Assembly (NCBI GenBank): GCA_951406725.2
Contig: OX597818.1
Location: forward strand, 33,480,001-33,544,000
Length of the DNA stretch: 64,000 nt
Origin: Octopus vulgaris
Taxonomy: Eukaryota
Direction of reading: 5' to 3'
Numbering within the stretch: the first letter of the stretch is position 1; every line of letters begins with the position of its first letter. Both the position numbers and the translations under genes were made by a program. The notes beneath the pieces are model-generated. The model was not told where the DNA came from. It saw only the letters and a program-made list of their open reading frames with translations, and did no database searches. This document shows positions 27,704 through 41,197 of the stretch, in pieces.

Positions 27704-27822
27704 ATCTTACAGCTGTTTCGGCCATGCATGTCTCATTTTATTTATATTAGCTTTGTATGGTAGGTTAATATGTAGTTATAAATGAGACATTTACAAAAAA
27801 ATCCTAAGGCCTCTTCAGAGAT
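27704..27822 (-). ncRNA. Type I hammerhead motif with canonical core and extended stem II
   Basis: The reverse complement reads ATCT-CTGAAGA-GGCC..[ATGTCTCATTT/AAATGAGACAT]..GGCC-GAAA-CAGCT-GTA-AGAT. All core nucleotides and the G10.1-C11.1 pair are intact. Stem III is the palindrome ACAGCTGT. Confidence 0.8.
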
Positions 27823-29279
27823 TATGAAATACAAATCAGATTACATATACTTTATATATGTGTGGGTACATACCCATAATAAATCATTTACATATACATA
27901 GGAGTGCATATACTCATACCCCCATACACATACACATACATATACATAATAATATAAATAATATAAGTCAATAAACAAATAAACATACACATGTTCCACA
28001 CTGAACGTTAGAGTTTTTCAACTTGATATTGTGTTATTACAATGTATAAAACATACACATATTAATACCCAAATACAGAGTCAAGAGTACATTATATTAA
28101 TTCTTATTAATTTACCAAATGTCATTAATGTTAACATTATTACCATTATCATTACCACTAATGCTACCAATATCATTGTTCTCATTATTAATAACGCTAA
28201 TACTATTAAAACAATATATAGATCTCATTATTAGCATTATAGTAGCAAAACTAAGGACCACATTGGTACTACAGTACTATGCAAAGCGTTAAATATCTGC
28301 ATATACATACAAAATATGAAATAAAAGCATTCCGTTTACATGACATTAAGATCCACAGGTGCACAGATGTATATCCGAGTTTAAATTTATAATTTCCATT
28401 GTGACACAGATATAGTATTACTTACAGAAATAGTTACGAATCTAGCGCTAAAATCTGATTGGCTTGTACATTTAAATTTACACACGCACACAGACACAAA
28501 TACATACATATATATATATACATAACTACACACACATATATGAATATATACTTATGTATTATGTATGTATGTATGTATGTATGTATTTATATGTAATGTA
28601 TGTGTACGTACGAGTGTAAATAAAGTACAATTCGTATACGCAGATAAATTCTAAATCAGGAACTTTTAATAGTAAGACAATACGTTCGCTAATCGAATAT
28701 AAATCATGTATTACTTGCCAGACTAATACCCTGACGATTACAACATCATTGAGTTTCCAGACGGTTTAATGCATAAGATGTTTAATACAAAATTTAAATA
28801 ATATCTCTCTCGCTGGAAAACCTAGGCGTTAATTAAAAGCGCATTCAGATTTTTTGTGTGAATTGTCGTTGAAAATATTGGATCAAGTAGCTGATGACTG
28901 GCTGATAAATTATCTGTGAAGCGAAAGATATTCTATGGAGATAAAAGGTCAGTTGAATGCAAATAAACAGTTTAACTTAATCTAAAAGAGAATAGAATGA
29001 AAGCAACTGTGATGGAGCGCCTCACATCGACACACGGCAAATAAGCGATGTTCGAACGTAGGCAAAAGCACGTTATGTATATTTTTCTAAACGAAATAGG
29101 TAACTACAATGATTGTATAATTGTCAAGTCATTCATTACAAACAGACATACACATACATACGTACATATATATGTATATGTATGCATGTATGCATGTATG
29201 TATGTGTGCATGTATGTATGTATGTATGTATGTGTGTGTGTATTCATATATGCATGCATGTGCTTATATGTAGACAGAC

Positions 29280-29344
<65 letters not shown>

Positions 29345-29345
<1 letters not shown>

Positions 29346-31310
29346 GTTAATTTATTACCCACACCGAAGGGACAAAATACAATATAGAACCTTTCTTTCT
29401 GAAAATAAACAAAAAGGAGGAGAAAGTAAATATCCGATCAAAAGGGATCATGTATCACAGAAAATATCACTAATGTCCAAAAATAAGACAGATTAGGTTT
29501 ATCCGTGGAAAGAAAAGCGTATGGAAAAGACCATGGTAACCTCAGGCAGGGAGGGAAAAAACACATGAGAGCAAAGTGCTCTCTCTCTCTCTCTCTCGCT
29601 CTCTGTCTCTCTCTTTTCGATTTATAGGATCATGCTCAAAGTGGTTTCGTCATTCTTGCGTACCATCTTTGCTACATTCACCCACCTTTTATTGAATCTT
29701 TCACGAGATAAAATTTGCCTCTCTATTCTCGCCTTCCTTTTCAAATGGTACTTGAAAACATTGATAAGCGATTGGCCAGAGAGGAATGTGTTTGTCTCTA
29801 ATCCTTTCGCTCGAGTCAACCACACACATTCTTTCACCATGCCCACCAATACGATGAATACCAACTTGCCTTCCCGGTAGACTCGGCTGACAAGCGAACT
29901 CGTTCCACACGTGACAGCTAGTTGTTCGGCATAAGCCTACAGGTCCGAAATGGTTGGACACTGCAGAACGGTCTCGTGAGTGCAGAACGATCTCGTGCCT
30001 CTGACCACATCTCGGGCAAGTCGGTCCGGTATGTCTCGAACCGTGCCTGTAGATCTTATCCCGAACGAGCATTGCTTGACGATAGCACTGACAGGCCAGG
30101 GGCTCTGGTGATTGTCCATAGGTCCCGGCCCGAAAGTTGTCCTGAACAGGTGGGTCAGGTGTTCCTCGTAGACGCCCAGATTCTGCCCGAGAACGTCGTC
30201 GCACCTTCCCTCCACTAATCCTCTATAGAAGGCCTTTGTGGAATTGGAGTCGCATAAGTTTGGTCCCGGACAGCAGAGTTGCTTGAGAGCAAGGCGGTAC
30301 TCGCGGTGCCATTCGTCTAGCCTCGGTCTCTGTTTGATCCACGACTGCAGTTCGGTGAAAGAGACGAGCTGCGAGAAATCGCGCAGCACAAACAGCGACC
30401 ACGCCTGTTCACTGTCGTCTATGAAGCGCCGGAGATGTCACAGTCTCAGCTCATGTCTGCGCATCATCAACCACGACATGCCCAGCCCTCCATCGGAACA
30501 CTTCCCATCCACAAAAAGCGGAAGAGTATGCGTTCCACTTTGGTGATGGTAGGGTCGGGACAAGGTATGACTGTCAGCCGGTAATCGATGACGGATACGA
30601 TGTATTCGTTCGCCACCTCCACCCGACCTTTTAGGGACAGCTTCTCGGCCCATTGCTGTTTGAGAGTGGCCACCCTACTCGTTATCTCACCCAAATTCTT
30701 CTCCATTTCGAGGTCCGAACCGAACCATACTCCAAGCAATTTAACCGGTCCATCAGTCCAGCGTCCCACGATGGAAACGCTTTTGGACGGCATATGCTTG
30801 CTTCTCCAGTTGCCGAGCTGCAAGCCCACTGACTTTCGCCGGTTAATTTTTGCTCCCGTTACCGCTTTGTATTCTTTTAGTGTTCCAATCCCCCATTAGA
30901 CGTAAAGGTCGAGACGTTCGCAGGAAAACCTCTAGATGTCGAAAGAAATCTGGTCGGCCTGTTAAGGACGGTGCATAAACTGTTATGAGTCGAAAACCAC
31001 ACCCATTACTGCCATCAACATCCAAGACGACCAGCCTACACTCAGGACCTAGGAAAATTGCTCTTACTTTAAGGTCCAGACTATACCGAAGAAGCACCGC
31101 GGTGCCGCCTCCGCCTCATCTCGGTAGACACGGAGAAAAATATCGAAATGTCCGCTGAACATGTGCTGGAGGGCCCGCAGGGTGTGGAGCCTGGACTTGC
31201 TGATGGTTATCATTTGCAGATTCTGTGACTTGGTGTCATTTAACAGGTAGCCTTGTTTCCAAGGCGGTCCCAAGCCACATACATTTATACTACCTATTTT
31301 AAGCATGTTC
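29345..31310 (-). mobile_element. Decayed L1/Tx1-clade LINE with the RT core deleted; 3' end abuts (GATA)n
   Basis: APE start MLKIGSINVCGL, VYAP and GDWN motifs are joined directly to the post-YADD region. C-terminal CPRC zinc motif. Collinear with 50972-53933. Confidence 0.9.
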
Positions 31311-32240
31311 CAATCGAAAGTTGTGTTTTGCGAAAGAGAAAGAAAGAAAGAGAGAGAGAGATAGAAAGAGGCACTTACTGTCCGAAAGTTCTTTGTCCTT
31401 CATCTCACAGTCTTCTCCCAGACAGTTATTTGTGAAATCTCCCTACTGCATCCGGTTACAGAGATTTCAGTGTGCTGTGGGTGTTCTGTGTTATGTGTAT
31501 TATTTTAATGTGTTGTGGCAGTGTTGTGCGTGGGTGATTTTTTGTTTGGTATCGTTTTCTGTTATGTTGGTGTTTGACCTAATGTATTCCATTAGGTCTG
31601 AATTATTGGTGTTTATAGTTGTCAACATTGATGTGGTGTTTGGTGTTAGTGTGTTTGTGTTGATGTTTTTTATTTCCTGCGGGTGTTTTGGCTTCGGGAG
31701 TGGTAAACATCTCTGCTTTGTTTATCCGCTTCTCTATTCTTTTTCCCCTTTTTTCTCCCCTACCCCCTGTAGCCACCTGCCAATCCTATGTGTCGTCTTC
31801 CTCTGACATGTTGGAGGAATCAGAAGGTGAGAAGGGACAGGTATTGGGGTCTATTTCTTAGTATGTTGATTTTGTTGGTGGTGTTGGTGCTGGTTGGTGA
31901 CAGTTGTGATGTGGTGTATGGGATTTTGGGGGTGGGGTATTTTTGGTTTTCTCTTCTTCCATTAGGGTTGTTGTAGGTGGTGGTGATGGTGTTGTTTCTG
32001 TTCTTGGTGACGCTAGTGGTGGCGTTGTTTGGTTGGGCTGGCTTGTTGGTTGCTAATATTCCTTCATTTGTTTGTAGAGCTTTGTATGTGTGTGCGCATA
32101 TGCGTGTGTGTGTGTGTGCGTATGCTTGTGTGTGTGCGCATGCGTGTGTGTGTGAGTATGTGTGTGTGTGTGTGCGTGTGAAGAAATCGAAGGAATGAAG
32201 CATAACAGAAAAGTGTGAGCCACCACATCTATCCTGGTAA
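31311..32240 (-). other. Low-complexity sequence upstream of Tx1 ORF2, possibly a remnant of ORF1 or the 5' region
   Basis: Position only. Strongly G/T-skewed repetitive sequence with no recognisable domain. Confidence 0.3.
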
Positions 32241-32299
32241 CCAAACCTCTCCCCTATCTCGTTTGTTTCTTCTGCAAAGAGAAACAGAGGAAATATTGT

Positions 32300-32760
32300 A
32301 CGATATGTTCTTTTAGAATATGTTCATATCTACAACAAATGCCGAAAACATAGAGGCTCTGTCTTTGCATTGAACTAATTATTTCGCCAGCATTGCCCAC
32401 ACGACCTGAACATTAGTTTCAAGGTTCCTCCAAGGCTGAGACCACGGGCCATACCTCCCCTGCCTAATTCAGGATCACAGTGACATAATTTCTTTTCCTC
32501 AACAGGCCCTGTCCTGTTTAACATTGTCCCGAAAGAGATCAAAGAGGTAAAGGATCCCATCACCCTTAAACGGAGTCTGGACAAATTTCTTCAAGGAATA
32601 TCGGATAAGCCACCCATACCTGGATACAACTCACTCAACAAGAACTCACTACTTGAAAGGACCATAAACAAAACTTGATTTAAACAGGATTTAGATAATC
32701 CTATCAGGTGGTGCTATTAAGTTAGACATGGCCTGGACCAATCTTTGGTCGAAACATATC
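32300..32760 (+). mobile_element. 3' fragment of a second CR1-group LINE family
   Basis: GPVLFNIVPKEIK...LKRSLDKFLQGISDKP parallels GPQLFNILP...LDLFLSGVPDEP at 24655-24770. The 3' end GGTGGTGC..CATGGCC..hairpin-GAAAC resembles the 24881-24920 tail. Confidence 0.75.
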
Positions 32761-32817
32761 TTAGTTTATATACTCCGAAAGCGAAAATATATGGTATGTT
32801 TGGTGAGAGACATTTGG

Positions 32818-33000
32818 CTGCGACCATGCTGGAGCACGCCCTTGGAGGGTTTTAGTCGAATAAATCGACTCCAGGACGTATTCTCTATAAGCCTAGTACT
32901 TATTCTGCCGGTCTCTTTTGCCCCACTGCTAAGTTACAGGGATATAAACATACCAGCATCGATTGTAAAGCGATGGCAGTGGGACTAACACAGGCACATA
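32818..33000 (-). mobile_element. SINE 3' portion
   Basis: Reverse complement of the tail region of the 49853-50275 family. Confidence 0.7.
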
Positions 33001-33010
33001 CATGCATGCA

Positions 33011-33066
<56 letters not shown>

Positions 33067-33069
33067 GTC

Positions 33070-33833
33070 ATCTCATAAAGAACGTAGTCGTTTTATACTT
33101 TTTCTTATTTTTCCAAAATTTCAGATAAACAAAGTTGTTTTTAATCTAAACTACACGCTCCTTCATTTTCTATAATGTTCTTCCGTCTATCTGCTAGAAT
33201 TGCATGGCCCCTCTTCCAGAATTCACTCGTCTGTGACGAAAAATACTTCTCCTGTACTGTTCTAACATCGTCTACAAAATTTATATTTTCCCCGTCCAAA
33301 TAATTTTGAAGATTGTGGAATAAATGAAAGTCAGATGGTGCAATGTCCGGTGACTATATGATTTGTGGGGCATCGTTTCCCATTCAAACTGCTCCAGCCT
33401 TTGGAATATCATCCTGGTTGTATATGCCGAGCATTATCCTGATGGAAGAACACCTTTCGTCTTGAAACCGATTTGCTCACTTCTCCGATGACACGAAGGT
33501 GTCGATGAATGATTGAAGGACCAAATCGAAGCTTCTCTGCTAGTTCCTCAAAAGTTATGATGGGATTTTGTTCCGCTAAGTTTTACAGGACGTCCTCGTC
33601 GAGCTCTAGAGATCTTCCAAAGGGTTCGATCCCCCATATACTGAATTAATATTTCTTGTGCATTCTGTTGAGTTGTTGCTCTTTTTGAACTCATAAAGCA
33701 AAATATGCCGAATATGCTCCACCGTAAATTTACTTCCTGCTTTTATATCAAGTTGGTACAGGTAGTTTATCCCGTCCCCGCTCCGACTTTCAGTTAACGC
33801 AATTGAAAAACCGCATTATGGGATGACCCAGTA
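33070..33833 (-). mobile_element. Internally deleted mariner element
   Basis: The minus strand encodes VFFHQDNARH and DIAPSDFHLFHNLQN, matching the mariner HDNA and YSPDLAPSDY motifs. Terminus TACTGGGTCATCCCATAA at 33816-33833. Confidence 0.8.
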
Positions 33834-33842
33834 CATATATAC

Positions 33843-33998
33843 CACGGGCTTTTTTCAAATTCTGTCTATTAAATCCACTCACAATGATTTGGTCGGCTCG
33901 CGGCTATAGCAAAAAACACTTGTCTAAGTTGCCACACGTTGGGACCGAACCCAGAACCATGTGGTTAGGAAGCAAGCTTCTTACCACCCAGCCACGCA
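33843..33998 (-). mobile_element. tRNA-derived SINE, 5' portion
   Basis: Reverse complement of the 12355-12520 head. Confidence 0.75.
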
Positions 33999-34020
33999 TA
34001 TACATACAAACAAACATACA

Positions 34021-34112
<92 letters not shown>

Positions 34113-34904
34113 CATGTGAGTGCATGCGCATGTAGAATCACATCCACTGAAGTAACAGACGAGCACATTCTCTCAAACACATTCACACACACACACAGCG
34201 AATTAAAAACCCTGTGAATGTCTCAACTGTCTCATCGTTTAATAGAAGCCGAAAGGACAACTAGCGCTCAGACCTGCATTGATTGATGAGGTTAGATATT
34301 AACGATACTTCGACTGTTTGTGCCGTCAATATTGCTTAATCAAGCATTCACTCGCTTGAACGAACAACGCGATAGAAGCATCAACAAATTGAATACAATC
34401 AAGGAAATGTAAAGCATTATGATTAATTCCTCATATCTCTTGAAAAATTGCAGGTGATTTATACATGGCTTTGTGCTTGTAGTATGCGTTGACAGCACAG
34501 TAGGGTGTCGAGCGTGGAAAATAGGAAATTGAAGTCTACTGACTTCTCTCTCATTTTTTCCCGCTCATTTCTACCTTCCGATCCTTCTCTTCTTCGTACT
34601 CATTTCTGTATGTCTAGCTAAGTAAGTATCACTCTAGTTAGTCACTATATTGCCCTCGAGCTGTCTATGTAGCTTTCTAAGAAATTGATTGCTTAGGATA
34701 TGAGATCATTCGCCAAATGTTTAGAGTTTCGTATACGAATTTCGTGCCTGTGAATAACTCTACATCAATATATATATATATATATATATACATACATACA
34801 TACGCACATATAGATATATATGTATATATGTACATATGTATATATATGCATATTTATTTATATGTATATACATGTATATACACACGTTTATATATGCGTA
34901 TAAT

Positions 34905-34952
<48 letters not shown>

Positions 34953-36459
34953 CAGATAGGTCATAGATAGACAGACAGACTGATAGATCAAACCCACACT
35001 CTCTCACATGTGTGTGTTTGTGTGTGTGTATCCATACATATAAACATTATGTACACTCACACACACACACGCACACACACACACATATATATATATATAC
35101 ATACACGCACACATTCACTCACACATACACTTTCGCAGACATCATATTTACTTCTGTATGCATCTGTATATGACGAATGTTTGTTACGTGTAGAGGTTAC
35201 AAACATCTTCGGTCCTTAAGGCGAATACAATAAAGTAAGAAGGACCCAGCACTTCCAGTTCAGCTGTTCAATTGCACGCTAATTCCATTCGAAAAGTGAA
35301 AAACTTTATATATTTAAGTTCTCTTTTCTCTCAAACAAAGAACTAACTCTACTTTATCACAGGGAAATAGTTCTATAGAGTTTAAAGTGAGATATATATC
35401 ACGTCAGGTAACAATATAACATTGGATTAAATACATTAGAAAGTTTAGATTTCATAACCTCGTTCCTAACATTAAAATTTCCAGACTTAGTATTCTTTAA
35501 ATTATATCAACGAATTAAATCTAGAATTGATATAATTTGGATATAAACAGCACAGAAATATTCTATGTCAGTTACACTTGCCCTAGAAATGTCTTAGAAT
35601 TTCTGGAACACACCTCGTGTAAAGGTGTGGTGTGTGTATGTATCTGTGTACATAGGAATAGAAAATAAGAAGAAAAGACGTTAGAGCGACGAACAGACGC
35701 TTTCGAATGCCTAAGCTATGTGTTCTGATGTCAAATATTTCCGCGGTCAATTATGCCTTTTATTCTTCCGAATTTTATAAATATAGTTCCAGTCAATTAC
35801 TGCAGTTAATTTCTTACTCCACTTTCTCCCCCCCCCTCTCTCTCTCTCCTCCTTCTCTCTCTCATACACACACATATACACACTGTCTTTCTCTCTTTCA
35901 CTCTCTCTCGATCGAAATCGACTGCGTCTCACCATAGTATAACAGCATTAGGGTGTCCACTAAAAAAAAGGGAAGTAGAATCATCTCCACATGTGATCAA
36001 CCTGTTTACAGCTTGTAATACCTCATTGTACTCTACATCAAGGAATTATTAAAATAACATTCCGTATGTGTGTGTGTGCACACATATATATACACACACA
36101 TATATATATATATATACGTACAAACGTACATACATACATGCATATGTATACCAAATATATACGTTTTATCTATTATTTTGCACATTACTTAATCATCGTT
36201 ATATGTTTTATCTTATATTTAATGTTTCTATAATATGTAATTTTCTAGATGGTATAATTTAAGTTTTCATTATTGAGTTGATAAAAGCTGATTTTTTTCT
36301 AATTTTTTATATATATATATATTGCGGAGATGTAATTGCAAAGCAAGTGACTTGATCAGAGATCGTGTGCTGAAGCAAAAACAATTGCAGTGTGGAAAGA
36401 TTTATAAGCCATTTAAAAACACATAAAACCGTTAGATTCACTTCAACATTTAAATTAAA

Positions 36460-36508
36460 TTGTCAAAATATTTTCGTCGCTTTGAAACCGCGATCTGTTC
36501 ACTGACAA
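36460..36508 (-). ncRNA. Minimal type I hammerhead-like motif with swapped G3-C8 core pair
   Basis: The reverse complement reads TTGTCA-GTGAACA-GATCGC GGTTTCAAA GCGAC-GAAA-ATA-TTT-TGACAA. Stem I is a perfect 6 bp and stem III is the palindrome AAATATTT. Confidence 0.65.
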
Positions 36509-36540
36509 AATTCCGTGCTGCATATATATTTATATACATG

Positions 36541-36595
<55 letters not shown>

Positions 36596-36642
36596 TGTAT
36601 GTATGTATGTATGTAGGTATGTATGTAGACATTTTTGTATGC

Positions 36643-36785
<143 letters not shown>

Positions 36786-37024
36786 CATCCCTTTCGCCAA
36801 GAATCGGTGCACAGTACTAGAATTTTCGACTTGAGTCATTTATAACAAACCACTCCAATCTCTATCGTGAGATTATCTGCGTAAATATACACTGCACCAC
36901 CTAATTTGTGGTAGCAAAGATTCATGTAATTTTTGATAATGAAGTCACACCAAATAGTGATGTTTCTAAATGATTTACTACGTACGTTTCAGGTTTGCGT
37001 AATAAATGACAGGGAATGCATCCA

Positions 37025-37335
37025 TTACGTAAACCTTCCTCAATCCATTCCAGCATGATCCCCTGTTTGGTGGGAATTTGTGACGATCACTATATCAGGA
37101 TGGAATGTTGTTAGTACTGCGTGATCTGGGAACTTTAACCCTTCCATGAGATTCAGTATCAGCTACCTGTCTGGGGTTGTGGAAAGTAAGAATGATGGTC
37201 GTCGAAATATCAATGAATTCGTCTTCTCTCTAGCTCTGAGAAATGAAATGGCCTTTTTCCTGGTGTGGTATTTACTGCACTAAATTGCGGGCGATATCAT
37301 CTCTGCTACCTCCCTGAGCACTTGGTCATATATAT
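37025..37335 (-). pseudogene. Decayed C-terminal fragment of an RLE-type non-LTR retrotransposon (HERO-like)
   Basis: The minus strand encodes YDQVLREVAEMIS..AISFLRAREK..LKFPDHAVLTTFHPDIVI..TKQGIMLE. This matches the RHD / PD-(D/E) restriction-like endonuclease pattern, with stops and frameshifts. Confidence 0.75.
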
Positions 37336-38028
37336 AAACAGTGAAAGCCACTTGTTACGATCACTTCAAGATGAAGCAATTGCAATCTTGAAAGCAATAA
37401 CCAGATCATAAAATTATCCGTGATTAAATAGGGTGGCCTTTCTATTTATTGTGGTCTTGTTCTATAGCGCAGCGATTGAAATTAACTTCACAACATTGAA
37501 TTTCATTTAATTTTCTTCAGCGTCTATTTGTACGAATTCGATGTCATTCAGCAGTATTTATTTGCAACCTGGCTCCTGCCATCAATTTATAAAGAGGATA
37601 TTGATATGTTGATCACTGTCACAAATGAGGTTCTTAATATCTTCTGTGCAATTAAGTGAACTTCATCATGTTAATATATTTTCCATTTGGTTTGGAATTC
37701 TGAAATTACGATGGTTACAGATTTGTGAGCATTGCATTCAATGTTGTTGATAGAAGGACGTGCGAGAAATCAAGCCTGCAATTTCTTTCATAGCTTCGAA
37801 TATTATTTCGAGACACGCTAACTGTAAATGGGTTTTCACCGGTTTCGACGGTTATTAATCGCTTCCAATGGATTTGCGAATATATTAACTATTCCACAGG
37901 CATTTACGTAAAATCATGTATACGTCTGGCTATACACATACATATAAAAATGTATGCATCTTTTATGAATATTATAAATGTACACATCCCCCTCCGTACC
38001 CCACTCCATATATATATATATATATATA

Positions 38029-38195
38029 GCGAGCAGGCCAACAGAAGAAAGAGTGAGAGAAAGTTATGGCGAAAGGGTACGGCAGGGTTCGCCCCCCGCC
38101 TGCCGGAGCCTCGTGGAGCTTTAGATGTTTTTGCTCAATAAACACTCACAACGCCCGGTCATATAAACCACGATCCTACGATCGCGAGTCCGTGG
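38029..38195 (-). mobile_element. tRNA-SINE fragment
   Basis: Reverse complement of the 38826-39015 family. Confidence 0.75.
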
Positions 38196-38232
38196 ATATA
38201 CTATCCACATATGTATATATGCATATATACGT

Positions 38233-38276
<44 letters not shown>

Positions 38277-38340
38277 GGGTATATATTGTGTATATATATT
38301 AATATATGTATATATTTATCTTATAATGATATATATAAGA

Positions 38341-38393
<53 letters not shown>

Positions 38394-38696
38394 AGTGTTG
38401 ACAGTCATGCTTCACAATATGTATATATATGTATACACACCTCTGTAACTATGCATATGTGTGTATGGGGAGTGTAGGTGTGTATGTGTGTAAGGAAAAA
38501 ATGTCTATATGCACATATGCGTGAAGGGGTGCGTATGTGATTGTCTATGAGCGTATTGAATATTGAAAGAAAATATCTTAAAGGAATGTTCAGCAGGTGA
38601 AATAATCAAAGCCTCAATAAACCAATAATGACTTGAAATTCTGTTTATTCGAAACTAGCCCTGTAGTTAAAAGGAAATAAATTCTTGTGCTGCATT

Positions 38697-38802
<106 letters not shown>

Positions 38803-38825
38803 CACATATATATGCATATATACAT

Positions 38826-39125
38826 ATAATGGCCCAGTGGTTAGGGCAGCGGACTCGCGGTCGCAGGATGGCGGCTTCGATTCCCAGACCGGGCGTTGTG
38901 AGTGTTTATTGAGCAAAAACACCTAAAGCTCCACGAGGCTCCAGCAAGGGGGGGCAACCCTGCTATGCCCTTTCGCCACAACTTTCTCTCACTCTTTTCT
39001 CTGTTGGCCTGCTCGCTTAGCCAGCGGGGTGGCGCCGTTTGAAGTCTAAAACAATGCGAAGCGCATTGTCACCAGCGATGTGTAGCAACATCTGATAGCC
39101 TGGTCGGTCACGGTGATCACGGTGA
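38826..39125 (+). mobile_element. Near full-length tRNA-derived SINE
   Basis: A-box TGGCCCAGTGG, B-box GGCTTCGATTCC, and a 3' tail of (TCACGGTGA)2. Confidence 0.85.
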
Positions 39126-40591
39126 TATATAAATATGAAAAAAATTACGATATGAAACCAACAGAATCTGACCCCATAGTGCCTGCAATAACCTGTAGAT
39201 AAATAAATTTCTTGTGAGTACAGTGTAAATTTCTCCAGTGATTCTATTAAATATATACGCATGCACACATGTATCCAGTAATTTTATTAGATTCATTGAG
39301 CAGTCAGAATTTACACAAACACATTTGACTTTTCCTTCTTATATCTCTGTTTAAATTTTGTTTAAATCTAACGGCCACAAATACAAGAATATACACATGA
39401 AGCTATCACAAAATTTCGCAAAACTCAAACAGCCTTCACTTACGAAATTATTTTTTCTCCTTCACACAAAGAAAGAGAAATACCACTAAGTTATTAACTA
39501 GTCAAGTGATAGAAGGAAATACACATAACAAGCAGAATAAAATCACTTTAGAGAAACTACTATCACCATAACTTTCCACTCGTATATTTCTGTTTAAACT
39601 AACGGCCACATACACAATATTATAAATTTAAAACACAAAAACTCAAACAACTTTCAGTTTCAAAGTTATTTTTTCTCCATCACATAGTGGGTGTTATAGA
39701 AAAAGGATAATCCACCTAAATCATTGACTTAGAAAACAAAAGTAAGAAAAGACATCAAGTACTATCACCATGAGCAAAATAGCCCAAAAGAAACTTCACT
39801 GAACAGAGAATGAAATTAATATTCGACTCAACAGCTGGCTTGACCTTTCACAAAAAGCCAACACACAAGCGTCATGTCTCAGTGACGTTGCTTATAAAAT
39901 TGTCCTACTTCTTGACAATCGAACAACAAAACAAGTGGAATCTAAATTAAAGCATATTTCGAAATCCTACCTCCTCGTTAAGGAGCATTTTATAATACTC
40001 CTCTCGCTGACTCTACTAAACGATTTTACGAAACGAAAACAACCTACAAATTTAATAAATCCCTGAGCGAAGTATAAACAGTAGCTGCACGACATCGTGA
40101 AGTATATATGCCACTTAAATGTGGCTAACCCTTAAGGTTAACCTCTTCCAGCTGGCTATTGACACACTATCTGTGCCCTATCAGTATTTGCAAAGGGAAG
40201 CCATTCTTCCCGTCTCCAACCTGACGCACGGACTCGAGTTTCTGGGTATTGACCCATCATCAGCGCGTGACAATCGCCGGTTATCGATGTGATTCTACTA
40301 AACGAAAACAACATACCGCTACTGACCTGTTAACCGTCCAACCTACTAATGCCCACATACCAAAATCAGCTCACTCCATGATTACCATGACAACCAATTC
40401 CTCATACCCATCATCAGCAACATCACTACCATCACGATTAAAATTCACTACAGCTGTTTCGCTAAATGTAGTTATAAAATATTACCTCATAATGTGCTTA
40501 TCACTATAATCAGGTAAAATTTTAAACAGGTAGTTCAGCAATTATTAGCTAATGTGTGCTGTGTCTGGGTTGGTGCTTAAAATATTACCTG

Positions 40592-40683
40592 TTGTGATCT
40601 GACGATGTTAAATCATATCTTATAATGCTATCCTTTATTACGACATTAAACAGATAATATTCCACCGAAACACCTGTCACAAA
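40592..40683 (+). ncRNA. Degenerate type I hammerhead-like motif
   Basis: TTGTGAT-CTGACGA-TGT...ACC-GAAA-CACCT-GTC-ACAA. The core is intact but the stems are eroded. An orphan minus-strand 3' half (GAAACAGCTGTA) lies near 40430-40441. Confidence 0.4.
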
Positions 40684-40904
40684 TTTTAAGCGCCATTTTT
40701 GTTAAATTTTATACCTACACCACAGTATGGACCGACTCCTAAGTCAAGTCTACGGGTTATATTTGGTACTTGTATATCGGTGTACTCCAAATATTAGACG
40801 TATTTTGTTTCTTTCTCTGAGAGCTGTGTTACCGTACCTATCCATTTGAAGTTTTCTACCAGTTGATGTGCGATGTTCCTTAATAATCCATATAACAAAT
40901 TTAT

Positions 40905-41114
40905 ATATTTCTTTACTGCCCACAAGGGGCTAAACATAGACGGGACAAACAAGGGAAAACGAAAGGATTAAATCGATTATATCGCCCCCTGTGCGAAACT
41001 GGTACTTTATTTATCGAGCCCGAAAGGATGAAAGGCAAAGTTGACCTCAGAACGTAACGACAGACGAAATACCGCTAAGCATTTCGCCCGGCGCGCTAAC
41101 GTGTCTGCCAGCTC

Positions 41115-41115
<1 letters not shown>
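40905..41115 (-). mobile_element. Nin-like SINE copy with internal deletion
   Basis: Matches the unit of the 42530-43590 array. Confidence 0.75.

Positions 41116-41197
<82 letters not shown>

Noticed and set aside
38826-38900. tRNA gene
   Set aside because: A and B boxes are present, but the sequence continues into a multi-copy SINE body, so it is called a SINE head.
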